From Octopus bimaculoides (Eukaryota): DNA of 64,000 nucleotides. Shown here piece after piece: positions 1 to 11,309 of this stretch. Position 1 is the stretch's first letter, and each line of letters begins with the position of its first letter. Location of the stretch: assembly GCF_001194135.2 (NCBI RefSeq), contig NC_068987.1:94986289-95050288 (forward strand), given 5' to 3'. The position numbers and the translations under genes are program-made. The notes beneath the pieces are model-generated. The model did not search any database and was not told the origin of the DNA. It saw only the letters and a program-made list of their open reading frames with translations.

Positions 1-856
1 AAACACTTAGATATTTCAGAAACAAAACACGAACAAAAATAAAACAAATAAAAACAAAGGAAATTTAAAAAAGATGAAGACAAACGCTAAAGTCTTTCCT
101 CTCATTTGATATTAATAGTGAGTGATATGATATCGAATATACTTGAGTGAACACTTGTCCAGGTTATATCTAAATACAAGGGAATATAACAGAAAACAAT
201 AGGAAATTTGAGGAAATAATATTGGAATCGCTTTTCAAAGTAATTTTTTAAACGTTGAGATGCGAATTGTTATAACTTGCATGGACTGTAGGAAATTGTT
301 TACAATATATAAATATATGATACTGTTGATGCTGCTAATACTACTACTACTACTACTACTAATGTCTTCTAAATATTCTGTCATTTCTGTATGACTTTGA
401 ATACGTAGTAGACAAGAGAGAGAGCGACAAATTGATGGAATTGTCGAATTGAAAAGACAGACGAGATGTGTTGATGTTCATTCTTCTCCTTATTATTAGC
501 CTCTCATATAAAGTGAAATGATTTGGGGTCTGTAGTCTTGTTTTTACGACTTTGTTCCAGCAGACTGTTGCCAGTCGTTGTAGAGTGGCAGGCACTAAGC
601 CAGAAATCAATACTGCCACACTGTTCAACTATTCCAGCTTTAACAAACAAGTTATTTTAAGAAAAGAAGATATCTTTAGGTAAAGATATCGCTGCCTAAT
701 ATTCAATGCTATCGAGAGTTCAGCCGTGCGTGTTTGCTTAGTTTCTTATGTAGCATTCTATATCACCAAAATGTGTTTATGTGTCAGTGTGTGCGCGCGC
801 GCATAAAATTACTACTACCACCACCACCATCAACAACAGTAGCGACAGTGATACTA

Positions 857-1075
857 ATTCTAACTTTGGTACAAGGGCAGAAGTTGCGAAGGGAGTAAGT
901 TAGTCGATTGTACCAAGCCCAACATTTGATTGGTACTTTATTCTATTAGCTCCCCCCCCCCACCGAAAGCCGAAGAGCAAAGTTAACACTGGCGGGAGTT
1001 GAACACAGAATGTAAAGAGGCTCAAAAATTACTGGTAAGCATTTTGTCCAACGTTCTAAACGATTCGTCTCTGGC
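857..1075 (-). mobile_element. Degenerate SINE family B copy
   Basis: Diverged match to the SINE B layout at 16922-17155 and 49038-49260 (ggtacaagg tail, gtcgatt, ggtacttta, gcaaagttaac, aagcattttg...aacgtt...acgattc). Boundaries approximate. Confidence 0.55.
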
Positions 1076-1394
1076 CACAGAATTGACTAAAAAACGGAGG
1101 ATAGACTACAACGATACAACAGAGTGAGTGTTATATAAACAGCGTATAAACAATGCAAAGTCAACAATAGCAAAACAAACAAAGATCCTTTTCGCCACCA
1201 GAATTTCGAAGGTCACACGGAAATTTGTAGGGGTAAAAAAACCACTGTGAAAATTAAACGTTGCTATTTTCTCCTCCCTTTCAATCTGTCATTGCAGTTT
1301 CGCTAGAATAACTTCTCACTTTCGTATTTCTTTCCTGAATGCCATACTCGTTATTGTTTCTGATGCGGTTTGCTGTTACAGCAGGACTGTAGTT

Positions 1395-1612
1395 CTCTGG
1401 ACTGGAGCTTCTGTCAGGCTCGAAGTGATCCAGAAGACAGTATTGTTGGGTACAGCTCGCATTCTAAGGAAGGTACTATCTCTGAGTCACAGGAGTAGGC
1501 ACTACTTGAAACCTTCGGTGATTTGTTATTGCCTGCTTTCAAGTAAAGTACAACCGCAAATAGAACAGCGAGTAAGATTGCAAAGATAAAGCACTGTAGA
1601 AGAACAACAACA
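1395..1612 (+). mobile_element. R4/Dong-clade non-LTR retrotransposon 3' end, copy 1
   Basis: 1416-1478 translates RLEVIQKTVLLGTARILRKVL, the typical extreme C-terminus of R4/Dong ORFs; followed by a 3' UTR and a (CAA)n(TAA)n tail. Confidence 0.7.
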
Positions 1613-1624
1613 ATAATAATAATA

Positions 1625-1836
1625 ATTGCGCTGCTTGGGACAGCTAGGATTTTGACATTCATACTTTGATGGTAAATGTCTCCCACGATATTTAACAACC
1701 AGGTACCAAAGCTTATTAAGTGCGTAAAGAGACCCTGTGAGACCTCTGACACCTGGCTGCTTTCCGCTCTCACAGTCTATCAGAGCAAAGAAGATCGAGC
1801 GCTGAGAAGTAAAACAAGAACAACAACAGTAATAAT
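1625..1836 (+). mobile_element. R4/Dong-clade 3' end, copy 2
   Basis: 1628-1669 translates ALLGTARILTFIL*; its 3' UTR (cacgatatttaacaacc...gaccctgtgagac...tccgctctcacagt) resembles 8712-8820; ends in caa/taa repeats. Confidence 0.65.
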
Positions 1837-2069
1837 CCTTTCTGCATTAGACACAAGGGCCGACAAAAAAAAAATTTGACATTAGAAATCATGGAGGACA
1901 AAGTGGAGTTTCATAAAATGTCATGTAAAAAGTCAATAATGGAAAATAAAATAAAGAAAATGCCAAAACGAGGCAAATAACTCTGAGTTACTCATGGAGA
2001 CCCCACGAAAACTCCACAAGCGCCACGACCACTAAGGCCACAGTGCTATCCCCATCTTTCTTTTTTTCT

Positions 2070-5000
2070 CTCAGCCTTGGAAACTCATTCACCGTTGACC
2101 ACATTCACCCATCTTTTAACAAAATTGCTGGTAGTCAGCACTGCTCTCTCGACCCTCACTTTCTTTTTCAGATGGTATCTGAATAAAGCTGATGAGGGGT
2201 CGGCCAATGAAAAGAGTATTTGTCTTCAGCCTTTTCAGTTTAGACTACCACACAACCTCCTTCGCTGCAACCACGAGACAGAAGAAAATAGCGTTCCTTT
2301 GTCAGCCAAAGGAAGGCAGCGAGGTAATCTTCATGATGGAATCAGCCGGCAAGCGGACACGTCCTACATGTGACAGCAGGTGTTCGCCATAAACCCATAT
2401 ATCAGAAATATTCGAGCACTGGACTAGTGCGTAGAGAAAGGTTCCGTCGCTCTGCGCACATCTCGAGCAGGTCCCACTGACGGCATTTCAGTGCCTGTAG
2501 AGCTTATCACGAACAGGCAAAGCACTCCCTGTAACACTGCCAGGCGAGGGATTTCTGGGAGTTATTCATAGGCTCCGGCTCGAAAGTCCTCCGGAACAGA
2601 CTGGCGATTTGAATTTCATCGACGCATACATAGTCTCTTCAAGAATGCCGTCGTTTCCTTTCATCACTAACTCTCTAAACAACGCCATAGAACTTCCACT
2701 AACTGCATTTCACGACTGGCTGAGAAGCTTGAGCGCCTTCCGACACTCAAGGTGCCAAACGCCCAGCCTCAGTCAATGCTTGATCCAAGACTGCAGCTCA
2801 CTCAATGAGATGACCTGCCGGGAAAGCGCAAACGTTGACCACAACTGCTTACCGTCGTCGAGGAAACGCTGGATGTGCCGCAGCCTCAGTGCATGTCTGC
2901 ATATCAATAGCCACGGCATACCCCAGCCCACCGTTCATAGGGTGTTGACAGCAAATGGAACTCCTGACCAGAGGAGTCCGTCACTTCCGTAAGAAGTGGA
3001 AAAGCAAACGTTTCAGCTTGATCAGGTACGAACTGGAGTAAAGCACGACGGTGAGGCGGTAGTAAATGACTGAGGCGACGTATGTGTTCACCACCTCTGC
3101 CCGACCTTTGAAGAGTAGCTTCCATTTGGCCCTATTCTGGGTGAGACTGGCTACCTTGTTCGTCACCTCTCCACTTCTTCTCCAGTTGGAGGTCTGGTTC
3201 AAATCAGACCGAGCAATTTTACGGGCCCGACCGTCCAATGGCCTACAACGCTGTCGGTCGGCATGGATCTGCCTCTTCAGGTGCCGAGCTGCAGGCCCAC
3301 CGACTTTCCCGGATTAATCTTTGCTCCCGTTACTTCCTCGTATTCTTTCACCGTAGTGTTGACCAGATCTATGTGCTTGTCGTCTAACACTATGACAGTG
3401 ACGTCGTCTGCGTATGCTGACACAACTCTCCAACATCCTAGTTCACGTGAGATGCCTTTCAACATCTCCAGTTTCCGAAGTAATGGCTCGAGGGTCAGTA
3501 CATACAGAAGAGACGAGAGTGGGCACCCTTAACAGACCGAACGAACGATGTTGAATGATTCCGATAGGTGACCATTCACCCAGACCACCAAGCAAATGTC
3601 GCTGTACAGCGATCCAACCGCGAAAAATCGGCCCGAAGCCGGCCGCTGTGAGAACAGCTGCCAGATATTCATGGTCAACTTATCAAAGGCTTTTGACTGT
3701 TCTAAATTGATCAGAGCTCCACCCATGACAGGTTTCTTAATTACCCTATCCATGATGCAGCGCATGAGGTGGAGGTTGTCGTGGATGGACCTGTTTGAGA
3801 CGGCGCATGTTTGTGTGTCTCCAACTAGTTTCTCGACGACTAGCGCCAACCTCTTTGCTAACACTTCGGCCAAAATTTTCATGCCTTAAAATTATCTAAT
3901 ACGCACCTCCTTGTTTGGATCCTTTCTCAGCAGTAGCACTGCTCCTCGACTCACAGATTTGGGAATTCTCTCATTTTGTTGCCAGTTGCAGCAGATATCT
4001 GCCAAGAGGCTTGCAAATAAGTCTGGCGTACTAGAATAAAGCTCATGCATCCCATTATCTCTTCCCGTATTTCCTCAGTTGTTATCGGCTTTTTGCAACA
4101 CTCTGACTTGCTGAGTGTCGTGGCAAGCCATCGCGGTAGGTAGTGAAATCCATCCTGCTATCTGGCCCACCGTTCGTCCCGGACAATGCGGAAAAATGCT
4201 GCTGAAAAGCCGCACACATCTGCTCCGGCTCGTTCACCATACACCCATTTTGGTCAACCATAGACCGAATGGTGTTTTAGTTGCCATTTGCCCTTCAGCC
4301 GCCCGGGCCCATCGGACAGCTTCGGTTCCCTCTCGTCTCAGCACGTGCCTTAGCTCTGACAGTGTAAACTTGGTGCTTGGCGTTGAAGTGTTCATCGGGG
4401 ACCAACCTCGCTGCCAGCAAGTCAGTTGTGCCTTTCCTAAGTGCATCTTCTTACTCACTAAATCATCCTCTAATCTATTTCTTTCTACAGTTAAAATTTT
4501 GCTAAATCTGATTCTACTTTGATAGCTCTTTTTTAGGTTATACCACCATTTATTTTTGATGATTGCCTCCGTCAAAGCTTTCTGAACCAACTCTTTAATT
4601 CGGTCTCTGTAGGCTTGGCACGCAGGAAGTGACGTGTTCAGCTTCCAGTAGCCGGGACTGTGTCTATGTATCCTATCTAAGTCGATCTTACAGGTCACCA
4701 ATTTGTGATCTGTGTAGCCGATGATTTGAAATTGTGGACAACTAATACTATCCCAACCTAAAGACCTGCAAAATACTCTATCTAGATACGATCTGGATGT
4801 TCCGATGTGGTCTGCCCATGTCCACATTGGCACATTCGGGAAATCCAGTCGGTACCTGTCAGACAGTTGAAAGTGTCTAAGCATGTTTGCGTGGCTTTTG
4901 CAATCCCCTTTCCTATCGGCTGGCCCCACACAATGCAATTGCGCATCTAAGATGGTGTTGAAATCACCCACTAACACTAAGGTCAAGGACTACCCAGGAA

Positions 5001-5398
5001 GACCTCCAGAAGCCAGAAGTATTCCGGCTGTCGTTCGTTCACCTGTCGGTGCGTAAACAGCCACCAGTCTAAAGGCCCCCACTGTTACTACCGCACATGT
5101 CTAGGACTACCAGCTTACCTTCTGACCTTATTTTGAGATCCAGAACTTTCCGAAACAATACTGCAGTACCCCCGCCACTCATTCCTCACCGACACGGAGA
5201 TGCATTCATCTCGTAGTCATCAAAAATAGGCGTGAAAGCTCGCGGTTCGGTTAGTCTGAATTCAGTAATGGTTGTTACATCTATTGCTCGTGACCTGTGG
5301 TCGTTGAGCAGGTCACCTTGTTTCCAAAAGGACTCCAAGGCACGTACATTAATGCAACCTATTTTGAGTGTGACCATTTGAGTGGCTGGTAAAGACAA
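2070..5398 (-). pseudogene. Tx1-type ORF2 (APE endonuclease + reverse transcriptase), disrupted
   Basis: ORF-track pieces 5186-5398, 4234-4986, 3529-3882, 3277-3465 and 2981-3238 carry the motifs in the correct order, in shifting frames. Confidence 0.85.
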
Positions 5399-6051
5399 AA
5401 AGGAGAAGGCTAATTACTATTAGCACTCTGGGGTGGGAGCGGGGCAGATATCGCGCTCTTTAAGTGTGGTGTAGCGGTCTCCATGACCCAGAATTTATAG
5501 AAAGGATCCAGGACACTTTCGAGTTGAAGTCTCCAACCGCCAGTGGAAATTTGGATTTTATGCTGCACTATGTATGTTGCAATGTTCGAAGTATCTGTAT
5601 ATGTAGTGGCGATGTGTTAACCGTGGAAGGAAACAAAGTCATTTTGATGTCTGTCTTTTTTTTATGTATAATAGTAAGTTTGTGTTGTCTGTGTTTATGG
5701 CAGTGAGTTTTGTGGTGTTTTTGCTGTTTTCGTTTACTNNNNNNNNNNNNNNNNNNNNNNNNNNNNNNNNNNNNNNNNNNNNNNNNNNNNNNNNNNNNNN
5801 NNNNNNNNNNNNNNNNNNNNNNNNNNNNNNNNNNNNNNNNNNNNNNNNNNNNNNNNNNNNNNNNNNNNNNNNNNNNNNNNNNNNNNNNNNNNNNNNNNNN
5901 NNNNNNNNNNNNNNNNNNNNNNNNNNNNNNNNNNNNNNNNNNNNNNNNNNNNNNNNNNNNNNNNNNNNNNNNNNNNNNNNNNNNNNNNNNNNNNNNNNNN
6001 NNNNNNNNNNNNNNNNNNNNNNNNNNNNNNNNNNNNNNNNNNNNNNNNNNC

Positions 6052-7000
6052 ATATTCGGGAAGCGGGTAGTTCCAGTGGGTCGAATTTTGCTGATGCTTT
6101 CTGTTCCTCTGGCAACAGCTGCGCTGTTGGTGTTTTTGTAGGCGCTGTGGTGGTGGTGGTGGTGTTTTTGCTGAAGCTCTCTCGGCTGCCTTTTCTTGGA
6201 GTTTCTTCTCTTCTTGGGGTTGCTTTTGTTGTTGTGATGTGGACGGTGCTTGTATCAAGGGGGTAGTGCCCTCCTGTTTTAGTTGTGAGCAATAAAGATT
6301 TCAGGTGGTTATCCTGTCCGCATTGATAACGTCTTGGCCTTCTGCCCTCAGCTGTTGACGTTTAGCACGGTGCCGCCTGGAAGGCTGAGTTAGTCAGGAA
6401 TTTGTTCCAAAACGTCTTGGTTTATCTGGACCATTATTTGCAATTCCTGACCAGTCCGGTTGAGTTTTCCTTGTTTCTCGACTTGGATGGTTCTGATTTT
6501 ATCTTCCAAGTCGAGGGGGACGGCTGCAGCAATCCAGCAAGCGTTCATTTCTGGTGGTATCACCAGTATTTTTATCTTGGCGACGCGCCGTCCCAAGTAT
6601 GTCGGAACTAGGACAAATTCACTGTTTCTCAGCTGGGCTATTGAGTACTGTTTTGCTACGTCTTCTGTAGCAAATATGACTTCAGTTGTGCAATATTTCT
6701 TACCCCACGACAGATATATCACGTCTTTCCAAATGGGTTGCAAGCATTTTTCAACCGCTTGCTTTGTGGCAGTTTGTAAATATCTATTTTTTAAAGATAT
6801 AGTTTTGTACACTATGGTACGTTTGTTTGTATTGTCTATAATAGGAGTGGCTGTGTGGTAAGTAGCTTACTTACCAACCACATGGTCTCGGGTTCAGTCC
6901 CACTGCGTGGCACCTTGGGCAAGTGTCTCCTACTATAGCCTCGGGCCGACCAAAGCCTTGTGAGTGGATATGGTAGACGGAAACTGAAAGAAGCCCGTCG

Positions 7001-7055
<55 letters not shown>

Positions 7056-7560
7056 TTGGTGTCTGTGTTTGTCCCCCCAACATTGCTTGACAACCGATGC
7101 TGGTGTGTTTAGGTCCTCGCAACTTAGCAGTTCGGCAAAAGAGACCGATAGAATAAGTACTAGGCTTACAAAGAATAAGTCCTGGGGTCGATTTGATTCG
7201 ACCGCAGTCAAATGACTGAAACAAATAAAAGAGTAATATCTGGAGGTATGTTTATCGAAGCACATCATTCACTTTTTATTTTTAAAATGTTTCTGTAGTC
7301 TTTGTGAGATTCTACAGAAACATTAATGAATTCACTTCTAGGTTTTTCCATTGAAGCAAAACCTCGGTTATTTAATGCATTTGGTAGTTGTTGAGTGCTC
7401 AATGTTTGTGTTAGTGGTGGTAGCAGGAGGACTTGGATTCACAGGTGTTGCGATGCCAGCCAGCGTCCATTAGCTGAATTTCCTTGCTCTTTACCTCTCA
7501 TTCTTCGCGTTTCTTTTCCTTCTGTTGCACAGCGTTGCACGCGCAAGCAAGACTTTGGTC
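6052..7560 (-). pseudogene. Tx1-type ORF1 (gag-like), disrupted and split by a SINE
   Basis: 6390-6812 ORF continues in frame across the SINE (…SINIPPDI|IDNTNKRTIVYKTISL…). Degenerate CCHC knuckle at ~6288-6335 reads RYQCGQDNHLKS, with a 1-nt insertion before the last Cys. Confidence 0.65.
6844..7233 (+). mobile_element. SINE family A, full length, tRNA-derived head with internal microsatellite
   Basis: A-box TGGCTGTGTGG, B-box GGTTCAGTCCC, body ccttgggcaagtg...ggtagacggaaactgaaagaagccc, internal (TA)n(TG)n, 3' module aataagtactagg...ggggtcgat, aaaagag tail; 5-bp direct repeat TAATA at 6839-6843 and 7234-7238. Confidence 0.9.
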
Positions 7561-7939
7561 TTCCCTCTGTCTTCCTTTAAGGCGCGGAGTGGGTGGAGAC
7601 AATTTTCAAATTCTTTTGGCTGTTTCCCGACAGCAGAGTGGGAAATCAAAAAGAAAGGAAGAGCTGACACTCTTTTCCAAAGACACTTTTACAAATTTTA
7701 AAATTGAAACACGAAAAAAATTGAAAATTTAAATTGAAAATTCTCCCCAAATAGAGAAGAGTCCCGCCTAACCGCTCAGCTCAGCAAGAGCCCAGTCGGC
7801 CTGCCCACAGAAATGTTAAATTTTTCAGATGCAACATTATCTGTAAAAACTGAACAAAAACTTACAGCTCACGAACAAACGCCCTTCCTCTTTGAAATCT
7901 ATGACCAGAGTCCAATAATAATAACAATAATAATGGATG

Positions 7940-8845
7940 TAAGGTTTTAGCACCGGTAGAGTACAACTCAAGATATGACAGAGTTGGTCAATATCTACAT
8001 TGGATAATGTGTGGGCATTATAAAATCAAAACTGATGGCATATAGTACAAACACCATCCTGAAGCTGTACCTGAGGGAAAAAGTAACTATTCTTTGGGAC
8101 TTGCCAGAATGTACAGATCGGACCATTAAGGCAAACTAGACATTGTTGTGAAAGACCAAAACAATAAAGTTTGTTTATTGATTGACATGAGCATATCCTG
8201 TGACCATAATTTCTCGGCAAAAGCATTTGATAAGCTCAGAAAATATAAAGATATGGAAAGATATCAGAAAGATATGGCATTTCAATACTGGTGATTATCG
8301 GAGCACTTGACAAAAATTTAAGGTGGAGTACTTGGGCAGACGTAATTAAATGGACAGAATAAGATCGAAGCTATCAACACCTGAGCGGTTTCGCTCCTTA
8401 GATATGGATCAGGAGTAATCGCATGGATAGTAGACGAACTAAACAGCTTAGACAGAAAGACAAGGAAGCTGCCAACTAGATATGGAACATTCCACCCAAA
8501 AAGTGACACAGACAGACTGTATGCACCAAGAAAAAGAGGGTGAAGAGGACTGATTGGATGCGAACAGAGCATTAAAGCAGAAGAAAACAACATAGCATGG
8601 TATGTAAAAAATGCCACAGAACCACTGTTATTGGAAGTAAGAAGACCAGGCTTGTGCAGGATGGAATATTGTAAAAATAAAGCACTATACAAGTACTTGA
8701 GAATGTATCTTTCACGATACTTAACACCTGAATACCAAATCTTATAATTTGTGGAAACAGACCCTGTGAGACTTTTCACAACAAAATGCTGTCCGCTTTC
8801 ACAGTATTAACCAGAGCACGTAAGCTCAAGAGCCACGAGAAATGA
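7940..8845 (+). mobile_element. R4/Dong-clade fragment(s): RLE region, post-RT region, 3' UTR
   Basis: 7940-8310 gives YDRVGQYLHW, ILWD, TDRTIKAN, IVVKD, LLIDMS, KLRKYKD, IIGAL; 8350-8600 gives KIEAINT, LLRYGSGVIAW, LDRKTRK, FHPKSDTDRLYAPRKRG; 3' UTR matches 1680-1810; preceded by a TAA repeat at 7912-7933. Confidence 0.75.
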
Positions 8846-9619
8846 TCACGATGATTAACAGTTTCCACCGCCATTAGTACTATGGCCATGATCACCATCT
8901 CATTCATCATGACCATCAGAATCCACAGGCCATCTGCTCCTGTATCGTAAACCCACCGCGGTCCCCCCTTCTATCACTACCCCAACTATATCACCACTTT
9001 CTCAACCAACTCATAGGATCAGATTGAACGACGAATATCAAAGGATAGCCGGAAAGTTATGAAACATGAATAACAAAGATACAAAATGGATGCTATATTG
9101 GTTTTTATCATTTTGTTATTTGTATTTTATTTTATCACGTAGACAACTGGCGTCGCTTCGAAAACTATACATGCATATATAACCAGAGACATACGAACAT
9201 ATATACAGGCAGATATACGTGTGTGAGTGGGTGAGTGTGCGCATGTAAGTGAGGGATATACGATAGGTTTTGTAACTTAAATCGCGTTCTTAAGACTTTT
9301 ATAACAAACATGCTTTTCAGTTCTATTTTCTTAAAGAAGAAACGCCAGGTTGTATCTGCTTACAGGAATGATCCAGAGTCTAATGGACTTTACTGTAAAG
9401 TGCAATACGGTAAACGTTTCTGCTAAATGGTTGAAACTTTAGCTTGCTTGAAATAAAACCTTGTGATTGAGTGATTAAGCGCAGAATGCAGAGGAACGTA
9501 CATGCGTTCGTGTGAACTGGAAGAATGAAACGTATATATATGCATGTATTCATGTATATATATTGCATGTATGTATCTAAATAATTATTTATGTCTGACA
9601 AATATATAAAAATTGTGAC

Positions 9620-9657
9620 AGCCATTATTGACTGTTACGAATATAAATACACATATG

Positions 9658-9704
<47 letters not shown>

Positions 9705-9883
9705 ATAAATAAATACTATATATACACGTTTCTATGCATGTAAGTATGCATATAAATATATATTTACCTATATACAAATAAATATCCCGACCTACATACA
9801 TACATACACAAAAATATATATATGCGTATGTATGTGGGTGTATATGTATACATATATATATATACACACACATAAGATATGTA

Positions 9884-9915
<32 letters not shown>

Positions 9916-9953
9916 CGTATATGCAGATAGATACATATTTCCGTGTGTATATA

Positions 9954-9994
<41 letters not shown>

Positions 9995-10010
9995 TACATA
10001 CATACACACA
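9620..10010. repeat. Compound (GT)n/(TA)n/(CATA)n microsatellite
   Basis: Directly visible; explains the YI/CV ORFs. Confidence 0.95.
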
Positions 10011-10549
10011 TTTATTAACAGATTTGTACTACAGTGCTTCATTTACGCATATCAGGTTAAATATACAAAAAAAGCTTTTTAAAGAATTTTATATTAAGTC
10101 GCTTCTACTTTTCTCTGAGTATTTACAAATGTTTCTATCCTTGTATTTTACACACATATACTTGCACATTTACGTTTATAACATTGTTTAAACCACCTCC
10201 CTTTGTATCACTTAATATATTGACTCCGAAAGGATGAAAGGCAGGTTCGACCTGGGCAGGAAACGAAACCAAAAGAAAGGCTTTAACGGCTCATGCAGCG
10301 GAGGGAGAGGTCTTTTTTTTACTTGTTTTGATGCTATATGTATTGCGTTCAAATCGAGTTTCCTTTCAATTCTAAGAAACGATGATAGGGCTGGGATTTC
10401 TTTATGCAAGATCAGATATATTTTAGTTAATCACTATCACCTTCCAGCATTGTAGGTGCCAGGGGATGTTCAAGTCTCGTGCCTTCAACCAATGAACGAT
10501 GTTGATACGCGTTCACACGCTCATACATACATGCACGCACACATAAATA

Positions 10550-10593
<44 letters not shown>

Positions 10594-10911
10594 ACACACA
10601 CACACACGCATGCACATACACACACAAATGAACGTTGTATTGTTTCAAACGAATGACTGAAGAGTACTCAATACAGGTTAAGTGTATGGTTTACTGAAAG
10701 TGACTAGAGTCTCACGCAACTGCATTTTCAAGCGAGAATTGTTACAAACCGTTTATTCTGGTGGTAGACTCATTGGTGTGAGTTTAGCCTGATCTTTCCG
10801 TCTATTTATTGGTCTGTGTTATAGGCTTTCTGATTGGCTACTATTTTTTCCCTGTCTCTTCATTGGTCATTTTTGATGGGGGTATCTATCTTTCTTTATT
10901 ATTTATTCCAG

Positions 10912-10974
10912 ATTTATTCAAGGCCATTCTTTAGATAAAATTTCGTGGATTCTTGAAGACGATATATTTGGGAA
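10912..10974 (+). CDS. Candidate internal coding exon, 63 nt, phase 2-2 (FIQGHSLDKISWILEDDIFG), product unknown
   Basis: Acceptor ttctttattatttattccAG and donor GTGAGT; only one open frame. A possible upstream exon at 10733-10777 (ENCYKPFILVVDSL, donor GTGAGT) joins in frame. No family recognised. Confidence 0.4.
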
Positions 10975-11176
10975 GTGAGTTCAGCTGTAAAACTAATGAA
11001 GGATGGTTCTATTGTAAAAGAAGTTTCATGACTGAGGGATTTCGCTGTGGCTCCTACATATTTTCTGTGTCAGTTCAATGAAAGCTAGTATTTAGAGAGT
11101 GTTTTTTAGTGCGTGCGTGTGTGTGTGTGTGTGTTTTTTCGGAGTAGGTAGATAGGTAGGTAGGTAGGTAGGTAGG

Positions 11177-11208
<32 letters not shown>

Positions 11209-11309
11209 ATTAAGCTGGAATTATGGTAGTTGGCGATCGTATGTCAAGTTAAAAGGTTATAGCGAGAATATATGGTATTAATGTGTGTGTGGGTGTCAAT
11301 ATCCACGTG

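Larger units (their letters stand above)
1845..7885 (-). mobile_element. Near full-length decayed L1/Tx1-clade LINE
   Basis: ORF1 with zinc knuckle, then ORF2 with APE (LKIGCINVRAL, LVGDFN, SYLDRVF, YTDHKLV, PGYWKLNTSL), RT (SIHDNLHLMR, ALINLEQSKAFD, SAYADDVTVIV) and C-terminal LAWQCYR. Many stops and frameshifts, a gap at 5739-6051 and a SINE insertion. 5' boundary approximate. Confidence 0.85.

Noticed and set aside
6844-6915. tRNA-like sequence with A and B boxes (also 23460-23531 and other SINE heads)
   Set aside because: Continues into SINE bodies and lacks a proper acceptor stem, so not a tRNA gene.
7286-7324. Perfect 13-bp inverted repeat with a 13-nt loop
   Set aside because: Lies inside the reconstructed Tx1 ORF1 frame with no Helitron or terminator context; treated as incidental.
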